DNA of 64,000 bases from Eledone cirrhosa (taxonomy: Eukaryota). How positions within the stretch are numbered: the stretch's first letter is position 1; each line of letters begins with the position of its first letter. A program made the position numbers and the translations under genes. Under the pieces are notes generated by a model. It did no database searches and was not told the origin of the DNA. It worked only from the letters and a program-made list of their open reading frames with translations. This document shows, piece after piece, positions 44,588 to 58,591 of the stretch. The stretch lies in contig OZ024743.1 of NCBI GenBank assembly GCA_964016885.1, forward strand, positions 347,758,001 to 347,822,000, read 5' to 3'.

Positions 44588-44778
44588 CGGTGGATTGGTA
44601 GTATCGGTAGATAGTCGGACGCCATGCTTTGAAGCATAGAGTTACGTCCCTTTATGATCTGAGTTCAAATCCCGCCGAGGTTAACTTTGCCTTTCATCCT
44701 TACGGGGTCGATAAAATAAAGTACCAGTAATGCACTGGATATTTGCTGGCCTTGTGCCTAAAGTAGAAACAATTATTA
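44588..44778 (+). mobile_element. Meta-type SINE
   Basis: A box tggtagtatcggt, B box gttcaaatcc, Meta-like domain. Confidence 0.88.
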
Positions 44779-45036
44779 TATATAACTGTAATTGTTATTA
44801 TGTTTCCATATTCTACAATGGCTTCTTTCTCTGTTAGAATTGATGTTATTGTTTGTTTCTTTTTGACTATTTTGGTAATGGCATATTTTTGTTCTGTTCG
44901 TTTTTCTTTCGGGGTTTTGAAAATTATTATATTTGTTGCCGCGTTGTGAAGGTAGCCTCGTATGATTTGCCGCTAGGGCTGTTCTTCTCAAGTTAATCAT
45001 CATTACCATCGTTGTAGATATGAGAACACACACACA

Positions 45037-45120
<84 letters not shown>

Positions 45121-45284
45121 CACACACACACACACAAATATATATATATATAATTCTTTTATTTTTGTACCACATAAATGAGTCACAGAAAAACGGATTA
45201 TGTAAATTATACCTTCTCATGACTCTGTTTTGTCTTCTTTCATTGCACACACACACACAAATAATGTGTGTGAATGTGTGTGTA

Positions 45285-45392
<108 letters not shown>

Positions 45393-46134
45393 TGTGTCAT
45401 TGTAAGTATATGGGTGCGATTGCTATGAAATATTCCTGGGTGGTGCCATAACCATGTTCCAGACCAGGCACTAAAAAAAATCAAATTATGTAATGATTTC
45501 TATTGGGCGAGCTAGGATATTTATAAGTACCGTATTACTCCTTTAAATATCAAGCTAACATGATGAATTAACTGTCATATAATTAAGTAAATGTTCTTCG
45601 TGCAAGGAGCAAAAATGAGTGTTTAGTCAATTGAAATTACACCCTTAATGGGGAGAAAAGTCATTAGAATTAATAATTAGCAATCAAAAATTTAAATTGA
45701 CTGAATTATAATAGCTTCCTCATTCTCTGATATGGAGAGATTAAAAAGATAAAATCAAAGCACACGTAAGCTATTGCAAGGTTTCCTTCATTAATACAAG
45801 AAATGGATGAATTTGACAAGCACCAAAATGTAGGTTCTCTCCAATAACACTTAATAATGTAATTTTTCATACTTGAAATCTCTGGGTCATATAATATTTA
45901 TAAGCACTATGAGACCGGAGAAATCGATGCTCTTAATGTTGACCCCAGTAGTAATGTCATGGAGAGCATTACAGACGTTTTGTACAGGATGGAATGAACA
46001 TATAGGTTTGTTCTGGACATAGGTAGTTGGATACGTGATCGTGAAAGCCGAGTTTGCTTCAATGATGATAGTATGAGACCAGCCAACTTCGAGAAGACAA
46101 GGGTGTTTTAGAAATAGGAGAAATTGCAGAGAGA

Positions 46135-46285
<151 letters not shown>

Positions 46286-46596
46286 GGGGGGGGGGAGAGA
46301 ATGCATTTCTATAGACTAAAGTCTGGAGCCTGTATGTGAGCAAATTCAAGACGTGTTCTCGTCTTAGAAGTCTTTTACGACATATTACTTAATATATCAT
46401 TTTTTTTCTTGAAGCAGATTTAGTTACTATTTCTTCCATGGTGTTGTTGATAACAGCCATTGAACTGATCGGGGGTGTTGTTTAGACACTGGTCAACTCT
46501 GAATCCACAGGCCAGTAATTAAAAGACATTGCACACGTGGTAGCCCATTTCCGTCATGTCCGGGGATATTACTCAATATATCCTAACTATAATAAA

Positions 46597-46787
46597 ATAA
46601 TTGTTTCTACCTTTGGCACAAGGCCAGCAATTACTCAGTGCATTACTGGTACTTTATTTTATCGACCCTGTAAGGATGAAAGGCAAAGTTAACCTCGGCG
46701 GGATTTGAACTCAGAATGGAAAGGGGCGTAACTTTATGCGTCAAAGCATTGCGTCCGACCCCTTACTGATACTGCCAATCCACCGCC
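46597..46787 (-). mobile_element. Meta-type SINE, full length, with long TSD
   Basis: Family match; taactataataaaataat is repeated at both flanks (about 46584 and 46788). Confidence 0.88.
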
Positions 46788-47332
46788 CTAACTATAATAA
46801 AATAATCTTTTGTGATATGAAAATTATATGCCATTTAAAGTGTCCCTCGCATGCGGCACTTTGTTAAACACAACACCCAATCTTTGTGTGATTTTATTAG
46901 TATTCATTCTGTTATAACATTTGGCACAAACATCCAGATTGAATATAATTTCTTTCCCATCCACCATTCTCGGTGGCCTGAAAGGGGTCATGGGAAGTGG
47001 TGTTCCCTTCATTGCTAAATAGTTTCTTTTCAATATCAGTGTATCTAACAACGTCTTTAAAAACGTCAGATTAAAATCTTTTACAGGAGCGACAAATAAT
47101 TGAGGAATATACATATACACAGACTAATGTGGACTGAAATAATTTGCACTCCATCTTTTTTTTAATCAACAAATCAAAGTAACTATTTTCTTCAATGTCA
47201 GTAATAGAGATTAAAATATTTTTAAAATAATTATTGCTTTTCTTAAAAGATCATTTAGTTTCCTAATTATTTCAGTCAGATTATATAACATAGCAATCAG
47301 CAGCCATGTGTGGTATATATATATAAAAATAT

Positions 47333-47395
<63 letters not shown>

Positions 47396-47588
47396 GAATA
47401 TATATATATATATATATGACACACATATATATACATATATATATATAAATGATAGATATGCATATATATATATATAATAATAATAAGTATACTTGCATAT
47501 AGTTGTAAATATTTGTGTGTCTAGATGTATATATATCTATGTGTGAGCATGTGTGCCTTATTAGTTGTGTTTGTTTCTATTTATAAGC

Positions 47589-47619
<31 letters not shown>

Positions 47620-50158
47620 CGTGCGTGTGTGGGAGTGTGTGTTTGTGTGTGTGAGAGTGTGTGTGTGCGCGTGTGTGTGTGTATAGCATTGTGTGCCAGG
47701 GTGTGAATAAGTGAAAGTGATGGAGAGAAAACAACTGTAAATGAAAAAAACTCTGTTCACATTGCAACAATATCTCGAAGCAATAAAATTATATAGTCTA
47801 TAATTGAATACTTGAGATTTTGTTTCAAATCAACACCCCCCAACCTCGCCACTACCATCTTATCGTATAAAAATAATCATTTTTAGTTTGTGTGATTAAT
47901 TGTTCCATTTTTTTCTCGTATTTTTCTCATGGCTGTTGTTGTAGTTTCTCTGGTTATTCATTATCTTGTTGTTTTTGTTGTTGCTATAATGGTGGTGGTC
48001 GTCGTGTCACTGTTGTTACTTTCAAAGTATCACTCATTATGTTCTGAACCACTACAACCATAAGTAATAAGTAATTCTCATTTCTGAAACTCTCTTCAAA
48101 GACACCCATTTGCATATGTTATTGTATCCACGAAGATATTGTTGTCCGTAGATACCACGTGGCGGATTTTTTAAGGCACTTGCAACCCGACTGATTGTTA
48201 GTATTCTTGGATTTAATATTTAATTAAAATTCGTTTTTCTTGTACGCATGGAAATTGTTGAATGTAGAAAACTCCCACTTTTCAAAAATAACTGTTAAAT
48301 TTCTTTATGGACCAAATACTGTTTAAGGTGAAGATTTCTCTATCTTACCTAGATGCTTAATGTGTGTTAGCGTTATCAGAATTAACACATTTCCCAAAAA
48401 ACTCTATCATTGAATTAAGTGAAACCGATACTTTCAAAGCACGTATTTTATTTAACACGAGTGGGGGCGTTAAAGCTAGCATGCAACCGTGCTTGACACC
48501 CACTGTAAGAACAAAGTGTGCAAGAGTGGAGTTAATCTGCGTGACATGAGCTTACATGCAAATGCGTATAGACTTTTTAATACGAGTGAACTTTTATAGA
48601 CACCCAGGAGTAAACTAACTGATTAATAAGTGGCGAAATGAGGGAGTAGATTATAATGCTTTGTAGTTTTTCTTGTGGCTCTGAGCACTCTGAGATCAAA
48701 TTTCACCGATGTCAACTTTAGTTTTCATCTTTTACGGTTCGATAAAATAATACATCAGTCCAGAACGGTGAATTGAATTGTCACAGGAGCAGTACTAGAT
48801 ACATTGTCTTATTTTCCAGCTCGTTCTGTTCTCTGACTTACGTTGGCGGTACATTTAGGCAGTCAATGGTTTAACCTCAATACCTGGCCATTGAATGCTT
48901 TAGTGGAGATCAAGATGCAATCTTTCAGACCAGAACGCTGTATGAAGTATTCTTCCTCCCTCCTATGAACCTTAAACAGCTCAGAATATTTTAAAGTTAA
49001 TGCATTCTATCTCTCTCTAACTAAATATTAACAACTATGCATTAACACCAGCTTAATGCGTTCACATATGCTTCAATGTCAATTATGTCATATAGCATAC
49101 TTTACTATCCCTATATATCTTAATTACAGACCAACAACTTACATATATAAAACTATAATTCACAATAAAGTCTTGAACGAAAACCAAAGAGGGCCACCCA
49201 ACTGATTGGATTGAAATCAATCAACCTCTAGCATACAGATGCATTGTCTCCGCAACTTTTCTCTTTATCGCTCTCTTTCTTGTCCAATCTCTCATCTTTC
49301 TTGCTCCGCCTCTCATCAGACATATTGTATCTTCCCTCAAGACCCCACAAAGTTTTCTCTCCCCAAAATGTCATTTATCTTAAATTCTCTCACCGGCTAT
49401 ATATTTCAACAGTCGCAAACATGCAACTATAGTTAGACCAATAAGTGTCACCGGCACGGCTATTTCCTCCACCCAAACCTATAAAAAGAAATAAAGAGGA
49501 AAAGAGTTAGGAAGAAACACCGAACCAGACAGCATCATCCCATGATAACTTCTACCTTATAATTTTCTCCCCTGCAATTCTTGATTTACTACTATGTTTA
49601 AATTCATTTACTAAGTTAGTGTTTATCCTATCTGACCAACTTCGTGAAGTGCTGATTATATTGGTCGAGGTATTTGAAATAAAAACACAACTTATCCAGT
49701 CCAACAATTTGAACTTATTCATCAACTCTGAATACATGAAAGGCAAAACTGATCTTATTGAGATATATTTTAGAGCCGAGTGAATTGGAACAAATACGGC
49801 AAGAATTTAATCCGACGCTTTAAAAATCGAGGCTTAATATGCCTTGATATTTAGCTACAGAATTCAAAAGAAATATCATAAGCTTAAGAAAGAATTTCGG
49901 ATAAGTAATAGCAATTAGTCAGGTAGGTAGAGTAATATAATATTTACAACTTCTAAAATATCGACAACTTCCAGAAACCTGACGATTGTGCCTGAAATAA
50001 ATGTAAATAATATAAACGTTTCACAGATAGTTTCTAATAGATATTATATGGTTTCGCATATTAATACTCCTGATTTCTCTATAAGTTATTTACACAGAAA
50101 AGCGCCCCGCACACACTGGAATATATCTGTTAAAACATGTTTTTCTACACGACAATAT

Positions 50159-50240
<82 letters not shown>

Positions 50241-51574
50241 CTCATCGCTAGTACAACCATTGAAAAAGCTAAATACTGTCAAAGACAGCGATGGGCAAAA
50301 ACGCCTCAGAGGTCAGAGACCAGCGGCCAGTAGTCAGTAGATAGACACCACACAAGGTGGGTGATAGGCAGAGGAAATATAGAAAAAAGATTAAAAATGG
50401 AGGAAGACATGGTGTAGTGCGTTGGCGCTAGAAGAAGGAAATAAAGGAAGGCGATATACAAGACATTTACACACACACAACTTCATACTCATCAACTCTC
50501 CAACTAACAATACGATTTCGCATGATTTAATGTGAGTACCATATTACAATGCTGGATCTTGCAACATAAATACAAATCAAAGAAAACAAACAAGAGAAAA
50601 TAATGGGATAGTGGACCGCAAACTGCGGTGTCTGTCGTAAATAGAAAGCTAATCATACATAAGATAAAGGTAAGCGATGATTTTTTTCCCTTATATATGT
50701 ATTCAAATACACACTCGCTTCGTCTCGCTCAGAGACAACATTCGCTTGGATGGGATTTGAAATCAGGAAGTAAAGATCCAAAACAAATACCATTAATCTT
50801 TTTGTTGGAAGCTCTCATGATTCTAAATGTCCGACAGTGTTTCTAACATAATTTCAGGGTCACATATTATCGGTTATGGGTTGGAAGGATCAAAATCAAT
50901 AGATGACCAGGATGTGATTTGATCTCAGAACGTTAAAATGACGCAAATAATTATTTCTGATTTTCTAACAATTCTGCCAATCCAGCAGCTTCACTCATTC
51001 TATAATAATGCGAAATCCAAATATTTAACAGCCCATTCAAACAGAAAAAATGGCAAATTATAGTGACATGTGTCCATTAACGATAGAGGATTAGCATAAT
51101 CCATTAAAAGCTTTGTTCTGAAATTTAGCGAAAGTGATATGTGAAATTTGGAACCGTTTGACAGCAAATTTTGTTTTCTGAACTAAAACATGTGCTGAAA
51201 TAATTAAATGGTATCCTATAGGTATTTTGTCCAGATGTTGTACTGACAAACAACGAAATAGTTTGTGTTCTTTTTTTTTATCGTAAATTCCTCGTTATTG
51301 ATATTTATCTCAGTGAGACTACGCTAAAGAGGATGATGACATTGCTTGTGGATTTTAAATCGATTTTGATGTTATATTTTTTAAATTCTTTTTCAGTTAA
51401 TTCTTGATTTTTCAATGTATACTGTCGTTGATATTGTTATTGTTATTGTGTTATCGTTGCGATTATTGTTGTTACGGTTATTATTCTTCTTTTCTTAAGC
51501 GTCTTATTTCTCATCTCCTCATACACTTCCTTCTACTTCTTCTTTTACAAATAGTACAGCTTTTAAAATAATTT

Positions 51575-51603
51575 ACTACTGCTACTACTACTACTACTAC
51601 TAT

Positions 51604-51662
<59 letters not shown>

Positions 51663-51725
51663 TTACTACTACTACTACTGCTGCTGCTGCTAGTGCTGCT
51701 GCTCCTCCTCCTCCTTCTACTACTT
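51575..51725. repeat. (ACT)n-(GCT)n-(CCT)n microsatellite
   Basis: Directly visible. Confidence 0.95.
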
Positions 51726-53282
51726 CCTATCTATCTATCTCTCTATATCTCTATCTAACTATCTCCCCCCCTCTCTCTCTCTCTCCCTATATATATATAT
51801 ATACATATATAATCGTATTTATCTCCCTTTATAGTCTGCCTTTTATTCTTCCGTGATTGTTGTTGTAGAGCCACTTACCAACTTTCATATAGCTGGCCAC
51901 TAATCAAATGAATTCCAGACTTGGCCACACCAACCACTTGCATATATAGGACTACATTGTTCAATACGACCATTACTTTCAGAGAAATTTGTATCGTTAT
52001 ATCTAATATGATGACGGCATTCCATCTATAAACGTTTCGATGTTGTACATCGGAGACTGTATAGCACAGTGTGTCTATTCATTTAAAAGACATTGGTGTC
52101 TGGTTCGAGAGAGATTTGGATAATATTTCTAGCAGATTATTTTATCATGTAAAGTCTCTTGAAGGCTCTTCCGAGGTAGATATTGTATGTACCTGTCAAT
52201 AATTGGTATCGATTTATCGTTTAAATTACCCTCCACACATTTTTAATGGTGTAAAAAAATCTATAGTGATTATTCATAATGATTCTTCTGTAAAAGATTC
52301 AAGTTTCATTACAAGTATTTGTACTTTATTGGCAAGAAAGTTTGACAACACAGCTTTCGATCTAACAATGCTTTGTTTATTAGAATATGCTAGAATCAAG
52401 CCAGTCTTTTAAATACTATCCTGGGAATACAATACACATATTCTAAATGTCTATCGAATGCGTCTAGATTTCTCTGTGACATGTTATGAGAGTAATGTTG
52501 CCAGTAGTAGATTGGGAGAAATTGTGCATGTAAAACTAACTAACTAAATAAATAAATAAAATTAAACATAATATATATATATATGTTTAATGTTTTTTTA
52601 AAGGAAAGCGCATTAACTACTGATTAGGCTGTTGTGGATTCAATTCCCTGACAGAGTGGAGCGTTATTTCCTTGATAAAGTGACTTTATTTCACGTTGCT
52701 CCAGTTCACTGTGGTAAAGGTAAGTACCAGGATCAGCAGCAGTATTAAGGATTTAAGGAAAGGCTGTGTCTTTGCACATATAAATTCGCATATATCAGAA
52801 AATATTGAAGAAGTATCGGACCCCGTCATTAAAATTTTACCCCGAGCTGATTGCTATCGAAACAATTGTAATATGCCAATAACAGTTGTACATGTACTAC
52901 AAAACTGACTTCGATTCTACTTAATCTATAATACACACACATACACAGACACACACATATATATATTCATATAAGTATAAGAACATTTATCGTTAGACAA
53001 TATTTAAAAAAACTAAATGCTGTCATATATAGCGATGAGTAAAAAAGCCCCAGAGAACAGAGATCAGTGACCAGTGGTGAACAGAGAAACTATCCACGAA
53101 GTGGGTGACAGGCAGTATACGCAGTATACGCACGTATACGCAATGATACATGTACTCATGCATATATGTATGTACATATTGATATGCATATATATATATA
53201 TACATAAATGGAAATATATATATATATATAAAGGGTAAAAATGAAATTACATTTCTCACTCTTAGTACGGCTGATATTTAAA

Positions 53283-53754
53283 TATAAGTATGTATACGTA
53301 CATACATATATGTATAAAGACGTAAAGTAGTATGTATATATACATACATACATGCCCACACATATATATATGTACGTGTAGGTTTACCGAAAGTTAATTT
53401 TTTCCATTTATCGTTTTCGGTACACCCGGCTGACTAACTCACTCAGCCGTGAATATGCATAAAGAAAGTATATACTTTCAAACGTTCAATCGACTGACAG
53501 TAAGGTATACGGTGCTGATGACAGCTAATAAGCTAGAAACTAGTTCATCGTTCCTTTGTCAGTGTTGAACAAAAGGGCAACGATGGTTGCCGAAAACTGT
53601 ACGGCTAAAAATTCGGACTGTTTGTTTACAAACAAACTGAGCATTATAATAAATGTTCGGTAAAACAACACGTACATATATATGTGTGTGCATGTATGTA
53701 TGTATATACATACTACTGTACGTCTGTATACATATATGTATGTACGTATACATA

Positions 53755-53760
<6 letters not shown>
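53283..53760 (+). mobile_element. Unclassified ~480 bp element with ~110 bp terminal inverted repeats and a central hammerhead
   Basis: 53283-53395 is an imperfect reverse complement of 53652-53760. Confidence 0.7.
53484..53570 (+). ncRNA. Minimal type I hammerhead ribozyme with palindromic helix III and extended helix I
   Basis: cggtg-CTGATGA(53515-53521)-c-agct-aata-agct-a-GAAA(53536-53539)-CTAG-TT-catcg; helix I continues aagg/cctt, actgaca/tgtcagt, gttcaat/gttgaac. Confidence 0.8.
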
Positions 53761-53831
<71 letters not shown>

Positions 53832-54982
53832 ATAATAATAAATTAGAAGACTAAAATCCAAAGAGGGCTCAATAAGGATAAATATATATTAAATATATGA
53901 CAACTGTAGAGGTAATATTTATTAAAATAACAGATTAAAGTTTAAGCCAAGAATCGTTGCTTTCACTCTTAACGGGATCTTCTGAAACTAACAGAAGTGA
54001 ATATTTAAAAAAACGTTGCAACCGGAGGAAGACAGGAAGACGATACTTTGGTTCGTGGAAACGTTCCCTTGCAAAGAACGGGAAAAAACGAATATCATAC
54101 GTCATTAATTGGAGCGGTGAAAAACAGTTACACGCAAAAACAGAACCACCTTTATGGTATGAAAGAAGTCGTAGATTGATATTCTCTTAGGTGGTTCATA
54201 GAGACGTTCTCTGGCAATGAACGGAGAAAACGAAGATAAAACGTCATATGTGGATTATGGAGAACAATTGCACGCAAAGACCATGCAGATACCATGTAAA
54301 TGGTATAACTGAAGTCGTAGACTAAATTTCTAACTAGGAAACCGAATGATTATCCGCTTCAGAGTTAAGAATAAAGTAAATAAAATACAGAGGTAATAGA
54401 AATTAAATAAATACATAGACGCATCCAAAACCGTACATACACAAGCATACGCAAAACACTCGCCATAGCTATACAAATACACGCACATATAAATATGTGT
54501 GTGTGTGTGTGTGTGCGTGTATACAAATAATTAAATAAACGTAAATAAATAAATAAATACGTATATAACTAACGCACACACATACCTATATGTAAATACA
54601 CAAATGTTCGGAGACGTACGTCAAACAAAACACGAAGTACACATATACACACACCCTACATACGTACGAACCCGCATACTCACACATACGCAAAACTCCT
54701 GTATACACATAACCAAAAGCATATCTACCAGATTATATAAAATATACGCCATAACATATACAATCAAATATACGTACGAGAAAGTATACGCACCTTCACA
54801 AAACATACAGGTAATATATACTTACCTATGCAAATAAGTAATGGTATAAACATAACATATACTTAGCTACCACATCAAGACGTAAATTGTCCGCGTATAG
54901 ATCGTACTATCCGTTAGAGTATAATGTGGGGCTGTATTAGAGGAAAGTTTTGTGCAATTTATGTTTACAAGCCGAAATTACC

Positions 54983-55834
54983 TCAGATTTTTTGTTTAAG
55001 ATGTGGTCTGTGGCGTAGAATTATTTCCAGGGCCTCAGCGGCGCAGAGGTCACATGGTCTTTTATTTCCGTTATACGATCTAGCCCTAGCTAGGATCTCC
55101 CTGTGTAACTTATATTGGGTGTGGTTGTCTTTTAGACTCCAGATATAAGCTGAAAGTGACGTCATATTCCTTCTTAGAGGGTAACGAAATGAATGGGCAT
55201 GCATGTAAAGACGCTGCTTGAATCTATTGGCGGTTAACCCTATGAAGGCCCTACGGGACGTGGGTGTTTCAACCTTACATTTGTAGACAATGTTACTAGA
55301 GAGGCATTTCCCGGATAGGGGGCAATCAACCCTATTCCTACAATTACAGTTAGTACTAACTACAGGGTTGCACGTGTTCCTACGGCTAGGTAGTTTAGCT
55401 AAATTTGTAGCTGTGATGTTATGTGCAAGGTTAGGAGTCGTAGAGTAAGAAATTTTAATAGTATTTCTATTAAAAATGTTACTATATTTATGTGTAGGGG
55501 GAAAATGCTTCGTAATAAGGGATAGAAAGATCTTAGCTAATGGTGTGGCCACCTCCATATTATATGGTGGGTTATACCATATAATGTATCGGGATCTATT
55601 TCTTCTAGGTCTATTCTCGTAATCTGTATATGCTACCTTATCGACGAATCCACTCCGAGCAAGAGCTTCATTGTAATATGTGGAATGGTCGTTGAAAATA
55701 TGCTCGTTAGTAGATTTTCGGGAAAGCCTCAACGAAACGTTTCTTACCAGGTTCTTGGTTATGCTGGCAGGATGGTTGGAATGCTTACTTATGTATTTAA
55801 GCGTATCATTCGGCTTTCTATACGGGTAATACAA
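54983..55834 (-). pseudogene. PLE RT thumb, Cys-rich linker and GIY-YIG endonuclease (5'-truncated, frameshifted near the C-terminus)
   Basis: YRKPNDTLKYISKHSNHP, IIWYNPPY, IKISYS, CNCRNRVDCPLSGKCL, NIVYKC..FIGLT..FKQRLYMH, CDLCAAE. Confidence 0.9.
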
Positions 55835-55889
55835 GCCATTCGATAAATTGAGTGTAGCGTCGAGGTAATTAACATAATGCTGTAACTAA

Positions 55890-57610
55890 GGATTACCGTA
55901 ATACTAATCGGTGCGTCATCAATGAAATCAACGATGCTGGGTTTAAAATCACCTCTGATCTCAACATCCTGGACCGGACCGAACCTCTGGACTCTTTTTC
56001 TCCCCCACTTTATCCTGAATGATCACAAATCCAATTTTCCGAACAACCCCTCTATTCGGCTTATTAACCCTACGAAGTCTGATTTAGATAGACTTAGTAA
56101 AAGGATTCTTGATAGAATCATACCTGAAATTAGAAGTTTGGCCCCTCTTGCAATGTGGAACAATTCTTTCGCGGTGATTGATTGGTTCAACGGCATATGC
56201 AACACGGAACATTGCCATTTTATCCCATTCGACATCAATAATTAGTACTCCTCCATCACTTTACCACTTCTTCTTAGAGCTATCAATTTCGCTAAAACAC
56301 TCACAGTGGTTAAGGATGTCGAAGTTGATGTCATCCTCAATGCCCGTAAGTCGGTGATTAATTTCGACGACTCTATTTGGATTAAACAATCCAATAATAC
56401 CCCTTTCGACGTAATACCCCATTCGCCAGCGATTCTGCGGAGGTTACTGATCTTATCGGCCTTTTCCTTCTCTTCTCTATCAAGGACGAATTCCCCAAGG
56501 CGGGCGGTGGTTTGTACCGTGATGAACGTCGTTTGACCATGATTAAGTGCGGCCCTCGTGCTTGCGACAGGTTCAGAAAATAAATCACAGCCTTCTTTAA
56601 AGACTTCAACCTCTCTATACAGGTTGAGGCCAACCTCTCGGTCGTTAATTACCTCGACGTTACCCTCAATTTATTGAATGGCTTGTATTACCCGTATAGA
56701 AAGCCGAATAATACGCTTAATTACATAAGGAAGCATTCCAACCATCTTGCCAGCATAACCAAAAACCTGGTAAGAAACTATTAGTTGAGGCTTTCCCGCG
56801 TCTATCTACTAACGAGCATATTTTAAACGACCATTCCACATATTACAATGAAGCTCTTGCTCGGAGTGGATTTGTCGAAAAGGTAGCCTATACAGAGTAC
56901 GAGAATAGACCTAGAAGAAATATATCACGACGCATTATATGGTATAACACACCATATAATATGGAGGTGGCCACACCATTAGCTAAGATCTTTCTATCTC
57001 TTATTACGAAGCATTTTCCCCCTACACATAATAATAGTAAAATTTTTTATAGAAATAACATCAAACATTTCTTACTCTACGACTCCTAACCTTGCACATA
57101 ACATCACAGCTTCAAATTTAGCTAAACTACCTAGCCGTAGGAACACGTGCAACCCTGTAGTTAGTACTAACTGTAATTGTAGGAATCGGGTTGATTGCTC
57201 CCAATCCGGGAAATGCCTCTCTAGTAACATTGTCTACAAATATAAGGTTGAGACACCCACGTCCCGTAGGGCCTACATAGGGTTAACCGTCAATAGATTC
57301 AAGCAGCGTCTTTACATGCATACCATTCTTTTCGTTACCCTCTCAGAAGGAATATGACGTCAATTTCAGCTTATATCTGGAGTCTAAAAGACAACCACAC
57401 CCAATATAAGTTACACTGGGAGATCCTAGCTAGGGCTAGATCGTATAACGGAAATAAAAGACCATGTGACCTCTGCGCAGCTGAGGCCCTGGAAATACTC
57501 TACGCCACAGACCACATATTAAACAAAAATCTGAGGTAATTTCGGCTTGTAAACATAAATTGCACAAAACTTTCCTCTATTACAGCCCCACATTATACCC
57601 TAACGGATAG
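55890..57610 (+). pseudogene. PLE reverse transcriptase plus GIY-YIG ORF, 5'-truncated, with stops and frameshifts
   Basis: DHKSNFPNNPSIRLINPTKSD, FIPFDINN*YSSI, FDV..DSAEVTDLIG, GLYRDE, VNYLDVTLNL, then the same endonuclease region as 54983-55834. Confidence 0.88.
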
Positions 57611-58517
57611 TACGATCTATACGCGGATAATTTACGTCTTGATGTGGTAGCTAAGTATATGTTATGTTTATACCATTACTTATTTGCATAGGTAAGTATA
57701 TATTACCTGTATGTTTTGTGAAAATACGTATACTTGTGAAGATACGTATATTTGATTGTATATGTTATGGCGTATATTTTATATATTCTGGTAGATATGC
57801 TTTTAGTTATGTGTATACGTGAGTTTTGCGCCTGTGTGAGTATACGGGTTCGTAAGTATGTAGGGTGTGTGTATATGTGTACTTCGTGTTTTGGTTGACG
57901 TACGTGTCCGAACATTTGTGTATTTACATGTAGGTATGTGTGTGCGTTCGTTATATACGTATTTATTTATTTATATACGTTTATTTAATTATTTGTATAC
58001 ACGCACACACACACATATTTATATGTGCGTGTATTTGTATACCTATGGCGAGTGTTTTGCGTATGCTTGTGTATGTACGGTTTTGGATGCGTGTATGTAT
58101 TTATTTAATTTCTATTACCTCTGTATTTTATTTACTTTATTCTTAACTCTGAAGCGGAGAATCATTCGGTTTCCTAGTTAGAATTTTAGTCTACGACTTC
58201 AGTTATACCATTTATGTGGTTTGGGCTTTGCGTGCAATTGTTCTCTACGCTCACATATGACGTATTATCTTCGTTTTCTCCGTTCATTGCCAGAGAACGT
58301 CTCTATGAACCACCTAAGAGAATATCAGTCTACGACTTCCTTTATAGCATAAACGTGGTCCTGTCTTTGCGTGTAATTGTTTTTCACGGCTCCAACTAAT
58401 GACGTATTATATTCGTTTTTTCCCGTTCTTTACCAGGGAACGTTTCCACGAACCAAAGTTCGTATTCCTGTCTTCCTCCGGTTGCAACGTTTTTTGCAAT
58501 ATTCACTTCTGCGTTTA

Positions 58518-58591
58518 CAGATTGACTTTGTTAGTTTCAGAAGATCCCGTTAATGTTGAAAGCACCGATTCTTTGCTTAAACTTTAATCTG
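58518..58591 (+). ncRNA. Hammerhead-like motif with variant core CAGAAGA in the PLE terminus
   Basis: cagattga..agttt-CAGAAGA-tcccgttaa(gggt in the 27351 copy)-GAAA-gca..tgc-TT-aaact..taatctg; mirrored at about 53930-53990. Confidence 0.55.

Noticed and set aside
48440-48520. GVKHGCML on the minus strand, resembling an RTE RT motif or an exon
   Set aside because: A single short motif; probably an ancient LINE fragment, but boundaries cannot be set.
54924-57610. Possible selenoprotein PLE, as reported for some Naiad elements
   Set aside because: The conserved Cys positions I read are TGT/TGC, not TGA, and I found no convincing SECIS downstream.
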